Positions 19,701 to 28,572 of a stretch of DNA of 64,000 nt are shown piece after piece (position 1 is the stretch's first letter; each line of letters starts with the position of its first letter). Origin of the DNA: a virus (Duplodnaviria; Caudoviricetes); the IMG/VR virus record IMGVR_UViG_3300042346_000266, positions 1,917 through 65,916 of that record, one strand, 5' to 3'. Both the position numbers and the translations under genes were made by a program. The notes beneath the pieces are model-generated. The model made no database searches and was not told the origin of the DNA. It saw nothing but the letters and a program-made list of their open reading frames with translations.

Positions 19701-22700
19701 TTTCATAAAACACAAAATTTATATCACTAAAACCTATTGGACCGTCGTAACCAATAAGGACATCGTAATTTAGGTCTGATATCAACCCAGTTGAAGAGGT
19801 TTCATAAAATAACTGTAAAGCAGACACGACAGGAGTTGTTTCGTATACACTTAAGAAAGGTACCATTTCTTTACCTATAACCCCAATTGGATTAACAACT
19901 GATACCCTACCTATGCTAGGTTTTGTTTGAAGTTGATAAAAATTTAATCCAGCAGTACCTTTTATATTATTAACATCATTTTCAAGAAAATTAAATTCTT
20001 CTGCAGAAGCTATAGCTGTAACTATATCTGCTTTTCTAGTTGGGAAATATTGTATATTTTCAGCTTTTGTTACAGTGTAATTTAGATATTGTATTTCTTC
20101 ACTATTAACCACCCAGTTTGGTGGACTAAAAGTTATTATACCATGCGTTGGCCTAACTACTTTTATCTTAGTACCAACCGGTATATCAACAGTTAATGTG
20201 CTGGTTAATGTTATAACATTATCAACAACAGAATCCACTATTTCTGAATATGTCACCCCATCTATCTCATAAACTATCTCATCCTCTGCTAAAACCTCTT
20301 TATGAGGCTCCTGTAATGTTATAGTTGAGCTTCCGGAATCGGCTTCTATGCTATTAGCAACTTCAAAAGAATATATTTCATTAGAAACGACTACAGTGTT
20401 AGCGTACCAAGCATTGGGATTTTTAATAGTCGCGGGCGGAGCAGCAGGATTATCTATTGGTTCATTGGCTTGGTCTGATTGAATTCCATTGCCAGGTATA
20501 ACTGATTTTAATATACCACCAAAATAACCATTATCTTCTAATTTATATATTATTGAATTAGCCAGAGGATTAGTTTCTAGGTAATCAATATCTGCGATAA
20601 CATTTAGTATAGTTGCTGAATTTTCTACTTTACCGTATAACGCAACACTACTTCTATATAATTTTTGGTCAGGCCCAACCTCGACTAAGTCTCTTGGAAC
20701 TTTGTTTATATTGTCATTTATTAAAACTATATGACTAGTCTTACCAACTTCTCCAACAGGGAAATCCGTCATATTTATTCCATTCTTGGTTGAAGCTACA
20801 CCATCAATGTCATAAGTAACTTGTGATCCATATGTTTGATCATTTGGGTAACCATCAAGCATTCCTGGTAAATAAACGTTGTAATATTCTTGTTGTTGTT
20901 GTTTTACTACTATTTTATAAGAATACCAACCTATCTCATTTATACTATAAGCAAATTTTGAATCAACTTCATTTACAGGATTTGATAAATATATATCGTT
21001 TACTCTACCGCTTGTTCTGATAAAATATGATGGAGGCGTTGGGTTTGGATCTAAAGGCTTTCGAGGTATAACTTTTACATAATCGGTATAAGCTCCGCGC
21101 ATATAATCGCCTACCGCAGGAACTTTTTGACCGTCTGATGAATCAATAGTAAATTGATAAGAATTATCTGTTATAGTAGTGCTATCCGGTGTTACTATAA
21201 AACCTATAGTTGATGTTGGTTCTGCATATAAGCCAGGCGTACCTGCTTGTATATCTCTAACAGATTCTATAGGATTGTTAACTATAGTTACTATAGCATT
21301 TCCAAGCCAATTTTTTACAGATTGTATGTTTGTTGAATCTTCATTTTCATATGGAGCATATAAAGTTGATCCACCAAATAAAGTTTCACCAACTCTTACG
21401 GTTTGAGACCCTATAGTTGACAATATAACAGGTGATTGTCTACCAAACTTATCTGCTAATATAAAACCTACTTGGTAATTTCTATTTTGTTTTACAGTAT
21501 GATTAGGGTATTCTATAAAGTTGGTAAATACTCCAGATTTAGGTAATACTGTAGTGTTATAGTTTATAGCTGGTGGAGCTGAATATGTATTATAAAAATT
21601 ACCATATATAACTCTATTACCTGCTACTTCTTGTGCTAACGCTCTAACAGGAATATTATCATATACTCTAGTTATTTGGTCATCTGGTAACGTTTTAAAT
21701 GGTTTTTGAGATTGATAGCTATAAGAATATATATTATTATTTGGAGATGACTGCCTAATATCAGTATAATCAATAGTGTCTAAAACTTTTACAGATAACG
21801 CGTCGGATTCTTTGTACAGTATATCTACTTTAGTTATCTTATAAGAATCCCTAATATTATTACCTATATCAGGCAGAGGTATTAATAATTCTATATTATT
21901 AACATTATTTTCCATCCAGTTTATAACTGTACTTTTATATGCAGATGATTCATCTCCATTTACAAAATATCCTTTTTGTTTTGGAATATATGCTATTTGT
22001 GTAAATGGCGCTATTAATGAATATTCATTATCATCAAACTTAAACCTATAACTAAATCTAACATACTTATCCTCTAAAAAAGAAGGATCGCCAGCCCAAT
22101 CTGGATCATCGGACTTATTAGTCATTGTTGATGTTAAAAATGTAACCGTATCTCCGATGCTTATAGTATTGTCAAATGTATATAATTTAAATGTATTTTC
22201 ATCAACATTTGTTACAATTGTATATCCGTTAGGAGGCATTGTATTTGCAACTAATGTCATTCCAACTTCTAGTGAACCGATAGCATTATCGAAAGAATAA
22301 ACAAAAGTTTCTGTGTCTATGTCTGATATAACAACAGTAGCTTTCTTTAACATAGAAATTGGATCAATTGGAGCATATTTAGCCACAGATATTTGAGTTT
22401 CTGTGGTATAATATAAAGGATCAGCTAAAGCATTGTTTATGTTTATTTTACGAGGCTGATTCCTATTGTCTGTCCAAAATAGTAGCCCTTCTATTAGGTT
22501 TACACCTATCACTAAGTTTGTGGTAGAAAAATTTAAAAACGTTCCTGATACTAGCGTTTTATATTGAGGGTTAGTATTGAAATCATACATTGTTATTTTC
22601 ATTACCCATCCGCCTGTAGGAGGAGTAATATTATCACACAAAGTTATATTTTCTGGGGATAAATCTGTATAGTTTGTTAAAAATTGATATATTCTATTGT

Positions 22701-22926
22701 TCTCATTATCCATGAAAATACCAATACAAGTTAAACTAGCGTCAACTGTACTTAATTGATTTAGCTTAATATTTCCTAATATATTTTGTAATACACCAAT
22801 ATTATCACTTTCGGATTTGCCAACAGATATATTTAATGCGTCTCTATATTGACCATTTGGAATAAGTCTATCATCTAAATCCTTATTCATTTTTGATTGT
22901 AAAAAACTATTCTTTACTTCAGCCAT
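16783..22926 (-). CDS. large tail/stabilization protein with beta-rich and cadherin-like domains
   Basis: N-terminal MNKDLDDRL.P.G.YRDALN, LLFWTDN.NQPRKIN, RFSYRFK motifs. Confidence 0.75.
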   Translation of the reverse strand: MAEVKNSFLQSKMNKDLDDRLIPNGQYRDALNISVGKSESDNIGVLQNILGNIKLNQLSTVDASLTCIGIFMDNENNRIYQFLTNYTDLSPENITLCDNITPPTGGWVMKITMYDFNTNPQYKTLVSGTFLNFSTTNLVIGVNLIEGLLFWTDNRNQPRKININNALADPLYYTTETQISVAKYAPIDPISMLKKATVVISDIDTETFVYSFDNAIGSLEVGMTLVANTMPPNGYTIVTNVDENTFKLYTFDNTISIGDTVTFLTSTMTNKSDDPDWAGDPSFLEDKYVRFSYRFKFDDNEYSLIAPFTQIAYIPKQKGYFVNGDESSAYKSTVINWMENNVNNIELLIPLPDIGNNIRDSYKITKVDILYKESDALSVKVLDTIDYTDIRQSSPNNNIYSYSYQSQKPFKTLPDDQITRVYDNIPVRALAQEVAGNRVIYGNFYNTYSAPPAINYNTTVLPKSGVFTNFIEYPNHTVKQNRNYQVGFILADKFGRQSPVILSTIGSQTVRVGETLFGGSTLYAPYENEDSTNIQSVKNWLGNAIVTIVNNPIESVRDIQAGTPGLYAEPTSTIGFIVTPDSTTITDNSYQFTIDSSDGQKVPAVGDYMRGAYTDYVKVIPRKPLDPNPTPPSYFIRTSGRVNDIYLSNPVNEVDSKFAYSINEIGWYSYKIVVKQQQQEYYNVYLPGMLDGYPNDQTYGSQVTYDIDGVASTKNGINMTDFPVGEVGKTSHIVLINDNINKVPRDLVEVGPDQKLYRSSVALYGKVENSATILNVIADIDYLETNPLANSIIYKLEDNGYFGGILKSVIPGNGIQSDQANEPIDNPAAPPATIKNPNAWYANTVVVSNEIYSFEVANSIEADSGSSTITLQEPHKEVLAEDEIVYEIDGVTYSEIVDSVVDNVITLTSTLTVDIPVGTKIKVVRPTHGIITFSPPNWVVNSEEIQYLNYTVTKAENIQYFPTRKADIVTAIASAEEFNFLENDVNNIKGTAGLNFYQLQTKPSIGRVSVVNPIGVIGKEMVPFLSVYETTPVVSALQLFYETSSTGLISDLNYDVLIGYDGPIGFSDINFVFYENQDPEGTNEEEGEPDSKWITNTFTLLGNTGLPLTFIGDPILVSVFDNSSPAIDLTSKFGVSLETPLDPNTIRLFIKEPFTFDHNAPTSGSYTFLIKLQWEAGEFITFPVTGRLRNNQPIFLNDNYNTEISVTPGPFVSQLIVNIDASNGSFLENSIGMEWELTDGNETYFQLNSSTGDLFLINQSIPLGSYDLTVRIKDALSGGLPLNGGGTPYFGSLQDEINITVTVVAPRVNDVLVYETPEPFVWDNNAACSGSDVIGQGYAVYHIGAEDLSLVDGFNSRLPDITQTTPPAPNRFFQNYVNPSIVNGGGARPIGLTQGSLEWVLTNYGKNLYPLSNLLTSNTDKSGYISTQRQGNLEYILYYKPTINDTWVPVKNDNGFPSSININNPEWSSVVDLEMSLYHFTWLKTSNSSPVGGNQVIFNLPSDQPRPKVDDFIDLGVNGMRRIESVVITDDSCIVSLESTSFIVAIPANTYYRVARIPLNSLNEVYKQTSFTTSTPGQYCLVLKYTYRRDVNQYKFNLTVPQFANDARFNVFVRGRFPAPVVGDTVNYVDTGGQPRTATVLSLTWDVSFNAYQMRLSYATSLSNYAIGQDTILTFTRSFPNNLYCGTVDFYGKVQTRDVNVYEVNPPKYELALVAPGADYPYSRINSDRTVGFDYVYQLTATDQDSTSNQIELVSLPSQTDDVLESMLGPIVPGVFIGTAGYANWVDDPYFAENTQITNINTTTKVITISSNTLVAIPNNTKITIFSRPDSGLGEVGNVWASSNNGMNITQFYSNESLTNPWVPYVNQNGGGVVFRNSDRTYNNTINDGPITWSTLPPSSLPSPFLPPVLNYITIMPLITNRPFFSGLLNSSTLSIGPIIAAETAWAYNQRIRLEGQATAQSLPNPRRIVDPLARFVLEGVQVGDVVYNISDGKAALVTAIINQTTLELSKVIFLTTPPSSYILVPKIGEIENNEYLRGNLTQLRSI

Positions 22927-22930
22927 TTTA

Positions 22931-24199
22931 TTAGTGTTTAATCCATTTAGACTTGCCTCTTAAAACTTGAGTTATTTCCTCTAATTTAATATTAGACAAT
23001 CTGATTTTAGTATTTCTTAGTTTTGCTCTTTTTTCTTGCTTTAATCTATTAACAAGATATTCGGGTTGATTTGCCCTTGTTGATATTATAGCATGTAGTA
23101 TATACGCATACATTGCTTCTTCAGCTAATTTAGGTACTCTAGTGTCTAAGTCATATGCCAAGCCATCTGAAATATATTCTAGCACTATTAATTTACCAAC
23201 TAAATCGCTACTAAATGAAATTTTACCTTCTCTTTCATTCATTGTAAAGTAGCCATTCATATTAGCAAATTGTGGATCTAACCCATATCTTCTACCATAG
23301 AATGCGCTTTGAAGCCACATTTGCCCATTATACCAATCACCAACAAAATTATCTATATCAAATGTTATACGATCTTGATTATTAGTTGCCCATCTTTCTT
23401 CTGTAATTGATGTGCCAGTTATATTTGATTCAAAATTATCTTGTATCGGCATACCTCTATTATCTTGAATAGGGTTTTCATAAGGACTTGTAGTTATATT
23501 ATTAGACGGATAAATAGGATGCTTTATCCCAGAATGATCTATCCATGAAATTTTAACATAATTAACATAATCTTGCGGGATTATAACACTTAGACTAGGA
23601 GGAACTGTTAATTCCTGTGATTTTATACTTTTTAATGTATCGTAACTGAACTCTTGCATGCTACGTTTAGCATGGAATATAACATCTGTTCTTTTTACTG
23701 TGTTTATTAATTTACCATGTCCAACATAAGCAACCATAAAATTATTAACAATGTCATTTAATGTTATATAGGAATAACTGCCGTAATTCTGCTCCGTAGT
23801 TTCGCCATAAGCATATGTAGATGGTTCCCCGGGTTCTCCATAGTTCCCCCCATTTAATACCTTTAATTGCACAACTAAAAAACTATCCGTCGTTGGCAAG
23901 CTTGGATTAATATAAGTTATTGTATTTCCATTAACAGAATACTGAGTAACTACCTCTTCAAAAGTGCCTGGAAATCCAGTAGGACTCCAATATAGTTTAA
24001 AATTATTTAAAGCATAATCTATATTATTAGGATCCCAACTGCCAAAAACTAAGTTAGTATTAAATGTTGTAACAAATGATGACGTCCAATAAGGCCTTTG
24101 CCCACCACCTGGGTTATAATATATTATTTTAAAGCCTTGAGCTCCTTCGTAATATTGTCTATTAGTTTCTGTTATTAAACCATTATTTGGAGTAGACAT
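22931..24199 (-). CDS. tail ring/adaptor structural protein
   Basis: P.DYVNYVKIS and LEYISDG motifs; structural operon position. Confidence 0.65.
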   Translation of the reverse strand: MSTPNNGLITETNRQYYEGAQGFKIIYYNPGGGQRPYWTSSFVTTFNTNLVFGSWDPNNIDYALNNFKLYWSPTGFPGTFEEVVTQYSVNGNTITYINPSLPTTDSFLVVQLKVLNGGNYGEPGEPSTYAYGETTEQNYGSYSYITLNDIVNNFMVAYVGHGKLINTVKRTDVIFHAKRSMQEFSYDTLKSIKSQELTVPPSLSVIIPQDYVNYVKISWIDHSGIKHPIYPSNNITTSPYENPIQDNRGMPIQDNFESNITGTSITEERWATNNQDRITFDIDNFVGDWYNGQMWLQSAFYGRRYGLDPQFANMNGYFTMNEREGKISFSSDLVGKLIVLEYISDGLAYDLDTRVPKLAEEAMYAYILHAIISTRANQPEYLVNRLKQEKRAKLRNTKIRLSNIKLEEITQVLRGKSKWIKH

Positions 24200-24205
24200 A
24201 CTATA

Positions 24206-24901
24206 TTATGATTTTGAATTAATATTTTCTGCTTGAATCTGTTGTGCGGCAATGCTAACTATCTGTTGATCGCTTATAACAATACCCGAATAAAGCAATA
24301 TCCTTGTTATTAAGTTGGTTTGTTCAATCGGATGCAATTGGAAATCTTGCGAGGTTGAAGGATTGTAAACATATTGATTATTAGGGCCTAAAGAAAAATT
24401 CCATACAGGATTTAATGGTTTTTTAATATAAGTACAAGAAATATCTGAATTTATTGTTTTCGGATATACATATATTTTAGAATTTTTATATTCATATACG
24501 GGCCAATAAATAGAAGGTTTTACAATTGGTGATAACATCATTTCCAATAGTTCATTAGGTTGAACATACTGAACTTCTTTTTCGTCTTTATATATTACCG
24601 TACCTATTTTATAAAAGTTTGCAGCATCTGGTGTTGTAAAGTGATCAACAGAAAAAGCGCAGTTGCCGTATGAATGAAAAAACGCTATTTTTTCTTCTAA
24701 ACTTTTAATTCTATCTGTATATTCGCTATCATTACCTTGTACTCTAAGTACTTGGTTTAAATCTTCAAAATATTCATTAAATATTTCTAATTGAACTTGA
24801 GCAGCGGTTCTGTTAAATTCGTCCGGAGTTAAATTGCCTCTCTGTTCTTTATTTATAATTAATAAAACAGTTCTATATACTGTATCTACACTTACTGCCA
24901 T
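24206..24901 (-). CDS. tail ring/tubular protein A-like
   Basis: NKEQRG.LTP.EFN...Q motif of crAss-like ring proteins. Confidence 0.65.
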   Translation of the reverse strand: MAVSVDTVYRTVLLIINKEQRGNLTPDEFNRTAAQVQLEIFNEYFEDLNQVLRVQGNDSEYTDRIKSLEEKIAFFHSYGNCAFSVDHFTTPDAANFYKIGTVIYKDEKEVQYVQPNELLEMMLSPIVKPSIYWPVYEYKNSKIYVYPKTINSDISCTYIKKPLNPVWNFSLGPNNQYVYNPSTSQDFQLHPIEQTNLITRILLYSGIVISDQQIVSIAAQQIQAENINSKS

Positions 24902-24924
24902 TTGCTATTTTTATTATAATATTA

Positions 24925-24958
24925 AGCGGATACTGCAGTTAAATTTACAATATCCGCC
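24925..24958 (-). other. 12-bp RNA hairpin in the intergenic leader of the ring-protein gene
   Basis: Minus strand GCGGATATTGTA / TGCAGTATCCGC pairs with G-U wobbles. Confidence 0.55.
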
Positions 24959-24969
24959 TATATATTAGT

Positions 24970-24994
24970 ATTACGTATTATTTAAGTTTTTTCT
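24970..24994 (-). promoter_or_regulatory. candidate late-type promoter
   Basis: AGAAAA-N9-AATACGTAAT. Confidence 0.5.
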
Positions 24995-25808
24995 CTATAG
25001 ACTTAAAGATTACAATGCCTTCATCTGTTTTGAAAAATGCCGCCATTGCAGAATATGGGTTTTCATCAAACGGTACAGTCATAAGTTTTCTGTCGTTTTC
25101 TCCCCACATAAATGTTCTTTGATCTTGCGATAATTTAATTATACCAGCTTCGGTAGCTCTAATTGCTAAATTTCTTAAAGGTACATTATCGTCATTAGCC
25201 AATTCTAAGAACAAAGAAGGATTCTTTCTAGCTAATAGTAACAAATCCCTTTTTACTTCCTTAGAACTCATTTTATTAACTCTAGAGCCTACTTCTACTC
25301 TTACAATAGCTTCTGCCATATCAATATCCATTGCTAGAGCTGCATTCATTGCATCAACTTCCAACTCTAAATAATCTAAATCGTCTTCGGCTTCTGCTGT
25401 AGCATCGAACTCTGTATATTTTACATTAAGACCTGGATGATATATAGATAATAATTTTTGTAAGTTTTGTTTCTCTTTAGGAACAAATAAAACTCCATTC
25501 TCAAATACAACATGGCCTAATGTAACTTGTCCTTTTTGGTCTTTAACTAATGGCGAATTCTGATTAGTTGCGTACCTTAATTCTTCTTGATTACCAGTTT
25601 CTTTATCAAACCATAGTAAGGGGTATCTTGGGGTATGCTTACACTGCAGGGTATATGTTAGCGGAGAAGCGTCATCTGCAATTATATAAGTCCTATCTTT
25701 AATTTCCCAAGTGCTTTTTATTTGTTTTGTTTCTTGAGGTTTTGTTTTTGTAGCAACTTCAACTACTACTTCTTGATCTAGTACTGTTTCTTTTGGATTT
25801 TGTTTCAT
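24978..25808 (-). CDS. conserved structural-operon protein (hypothetical)
   Basis: Long ORF immediately downstream of the major capsid gene. Confidence 0.6.
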   Translation of the reverse strand: MKQNPKETVLDQEVVVEVATKTKPQETKQIKSTWEIKDRTYIIADDASPLTYTLQCKHTPRYPLLWFDKETGNQEELRYATNQNSPLVKDQKGQVTLGHVVFENGVLFVPKEKQNLQKLLSIYHPGLNVKYTEFDATAEAEDDLDYLELEVDAMNAALAMDIDMAEAIVRVEVGSRVNKMSSKEVKRDLLLLARKNPSLFLELANDDNVPLRNLAIRATEAGIIKLSQDQRTFMWGENDRKLMTVPFDENPYSAMAAFFKTDEGIVIFKSIEKKLK

Positions 25809-25847
25809 AATATAATATAATTTAATATTTTTTTTTAAAAGGTAATA

Positions 25848-25876
25848 ATTACCCTCGTAATTTCAACGAGGGTAAT
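25848..25876 (-). terminator. hairpin terminator/stabiliser after major capsid gene
   Basis: Perfect 11-bp stem ATTACCCTCGT/ACGAGGGTAAT. Confidence 0.7.
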
Positions 25877-25888
25877 ATCACCATATTT

Positions 25889-27343
25889 TTACACTGATGC
25901 AGTAAACAACACGAAATTGTTAGCAGCTTGTGTAACTAAACATCTTTCTGACAAGAAGTGAACTTGCATTGCATCAAGATCAGAAGTATAAGCACCTCCA
26001 ACAGATCCAGTAATCCAAGACTTCATACGTCTGTCATCAGCTTGGTTAGCACGGTAACGAACATGCAAGAAAGGTCTGCGAATGTTAGTTCCTAATTGTT
26101 GATCGTAAACAGTAGATGTTCCAGCAGGGATAAGTACACCGTCAATAGAAGTGTTAGCAATACCACCACGAGTAGAAGCATCATTCAAGTATTTCCAATC
26201 AGTTTTGTAAAAGTCATAAGAACCACGACGGAATCCAGAGAAACCTAAGTTCAATGCCATTTGCTCAGAGTTTTCAAATAAACCGTAAGCAACACCACCG
26301 GCTGCGCCAGAAGATAAAGAAGCAAGCATATCATCAAAGTCAAGGGAAGTAGCTCTATTTAAGAAGAACATGTTCTCTTCAACCGCTCCTTGTGTATCTA
26401 AGTTTTTCAAAATAGAATCAAAATCACTTAGACCTCCAACTGCTGTAAAGTTGTTTACAACATTACCTCTGCTTCTAATAGCAGCAAAAAGACCTTGTGT
26501 ACCTTTGTATACCGCGCCATCACCTGTAGCAGCAATGTTAGCAACACCAGAACCAGAAGCAGCTAATTCACCTTCAATAACTGACATTTCTAAGTAATCT
26601 TCAAAACGCAATCTTGTTTCAGATTCTGCTTTAAGATACCATAAGAAACCTCCTGCTCCGTCTTCAGTAGCAATTTCAACCCACCCAATTTGAGCTGTAT
26701 CAGATCCAGAGATTTGATATTTCTCTTTAATAATGATAGGCGAATTATTGTATTGAGTAAAAGAAGGAGTTACAGAGTTTATAGAAGCATCTGTTGTTCC
26801 TTTCTTAAATTCAGAACCATACACAAAAATTTTAAGGTTTGTGTTTGCGGCGCTCCATACTACTGATCCAGAATATAAGCTAGCTTGAGTATAAGTAGCA
26901 ACAGTAAGAGTAGCCGTAGTAGAAACAGTTGTAGAAGCTGTAACTAATACTTTCAATTCTTTACCTGTTGTTGGATCCATAACTACTAAAGTTTGTCCGG
27001 GGGAAATAACGTTAGCAACAAAGTTTTGGCCAGTACCACCAACTGTAAAAGTCAATGTAGTAGCTGTAGCAGCTGTAACGTCATTATAAGCAATGTGTAG
27101 TCTATTTTGTTCAGACCAAATAACTTGATCAGAAGACATAGGCATTTCAGCACCTACCATACGTAAGAATCCAGATAAAGTTCTGTTTCCGTAACGCTCT
27201 ACTTCTGCTTCGTAGATTTCTGGTAAATATTGTTGCGCGAAATCATTACCACTTCCATTTGCAAAGTTTAAGTAATTTGTTTCTAACGCTTGTTGTTTTT
27301 GACTCGGTTTAATTGAACCGAATTGTGGGGTCACGTTTGACAT
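25889..27343 (-). CDS. major capsid protein
   Basis: Follows portal and scaffold genes; W.EQ.RLH, G..GLF and SERCL motifs; strong downstream hairpin. Confidence 0.85.
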   Translation of the reverse strand: MSNVTPQFGSIKPSQKQQALETNYLNFANGSGNDFAQQYLPEIYEAEVERYGNRTLSGFLRMVGAEMPMSSDQVIWSEQNRLHIAYNDVTAATATTLTFTVGGTGQNFVANVISPGQTLVVMDPTTGKELKVLVTASTTVSTTATLTVATYTQASLYSGSVVWSAANTNLKIFVYGSEFKKGTTDASINSVTPSFTQYNNSPIIIKEKYQISGSDTAQIGWVEIATEDGAGGFLWYLKAESETRLRFEDYLEMSVIEGELAASGSGVANIAATGDGAVYKGTQGLFAAIRSRGNVVNNFTAVGGLSDFDSILKNLDTQGAVEENMFFLNRATSLDFDDMLASLSSGAAGGVAYGLFENSEQMALNLGFSGFRRGSYDFYKTDWKYLNDASTRGGIANTSIDGVLIPAGTSTVYDQQLGTNIRRPFLHVRYRANQADDRRMKSWITGSVGGAYTSDLDAMQVHFLSERCLVTQAANNFVLFTASV

Positions 27344-27354
27344 AATCGTTAATT

Positions 27355-28539
27355 TTAATTGTTAAATTTTTTTGTTTGTATTCTTAATTTTGAAGAATCC
27401 ATACCGCTAACAGACTTGACTCTCAAACCATTAATGAACACTTCCCCAGATGTTTGTCTAGGTTGTGCTAAACTAGGGTTTTTAGAATTAGTCATTACTT
27501 CTTTAATTGCATCAGCTTTACCTTGTTCATAAAAGTGTTGTGCAATTTTATCTGAATTCATTGCGGTATAAAGAGCCTTATGGTAATTTTTATGATCATT
27601 AACATTACCTTCTTTGTCCAGGAACTTCCCTACAAAATTATTAATGTCTGATTGTTTTTCAGCGACTTGTTCGTTATTCTGTACAGTATACCTAAATCTT
27701 TTTTCACCTACATTATATTCAAAACCTTTGAAATCGTCTGTGAATAATTTTTTAGTTTCTTGTTTAAAACGTTCATGCCGTGCCTTAGACTCTTCTTCGT
27801 TCTTTTTATATCGATTGAAAAAGTCGCTAATTTCTTTTTGTTCCCGAGATTCACCAGGCCTCAACTTGATCTCCTGATAATATTTATCTTTAAGGCTTTC
27901 TAAGAAAGTTCGTGCTTTAGCAACCTCTTCTTTAAATGCTAATTTTTTCTTTTTAATATCTCTTTCATCATCTTCATCTTCGTCATAACTAAATGTATCC
28001 TCCATCATGAATTCGATTTCCTCATCGTCTAAATGGGGTCTTGACTTTTTATAGTATTCTTTTAATAATAGCTCATTATTAACCGAAGAATAATCTGTAT
28101 TTAGTCTAACATAATCCTCTATAGTCCCCCCGGTTTCTTCCATAAAAGAAACTAGCTTTTCAATATTTTCAGGTAAAGGTTTACCAGTAGTAATTTGTTC
28201 TTGAATATATTTTTCAGTTTCTTGATTAGTTTCAACAGGTGTTACTTCTTCTTCTGTAACTTCTTGTATAACATCTTCAAAGGTCCCTTTGTTTCCTTGC
28301 TCCACTTCTTGCAATCCCACTTCGGGCTGTTCTGCGCGTAACAAGCTTTCATCTGTGCTTTGCTTTTGAATGGCATCTTTATCTTGTTCTAATGTTGGTA
28401 TAACTACTTTTACTACTTCTGATTCTTTTGAGTGATCAACTAGATCAACTTTCACAACTTCATTTGGTTTACCTAAATTTTTTGGTTTTTTAGATTTACC
28501 CATTTTGAAGTCCCCTTCTTGTTTAATAATCTCTGACAT
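27355..28539 (-). CDS. putative capsid scaffolding protein
   Basis: Acidic N-terminus, helical; lies between portal and MCP. Confidence 0.65.
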   Translation of the reverse strand: MSEIIKQEGDFKMGKSKKPKNLGKPNEVVKVDLVDHSKESEVVKVVIPTLEQDKDAIQKQSTDESLLRAEQPEVGLQEVEQGNKGTFEDVIQEVTEEEVTPVETNQETEKYIQEQITTGKPLPENIEKLVSFMEETGGTIEDYVRLNTDYSSVNNELLLKEYYKKSRPHLDDEEIEFMMEDTFSYDEDEDDERDIKKKKLAFKEEVAKARTFLESLKDKYYQEIKLRPGESREQKEISDFFNRYKKNEEESKARHERFKQETKKLFTDDFKGFEYNVGEKRFRYTVQNNEQVAEKQSDINNFVGKFLDKEGNVNDHKNYHKALYTAMNSDKIAQHFYEQGKADAIKEVMTNSKNPSLAQPRQTSGEVFINGLRVKSVSGMDSSKLRIQTKKFNN

Positions 28540-28572
28540 AATATAATAATATAAAATTGGTTAATATTTTTT

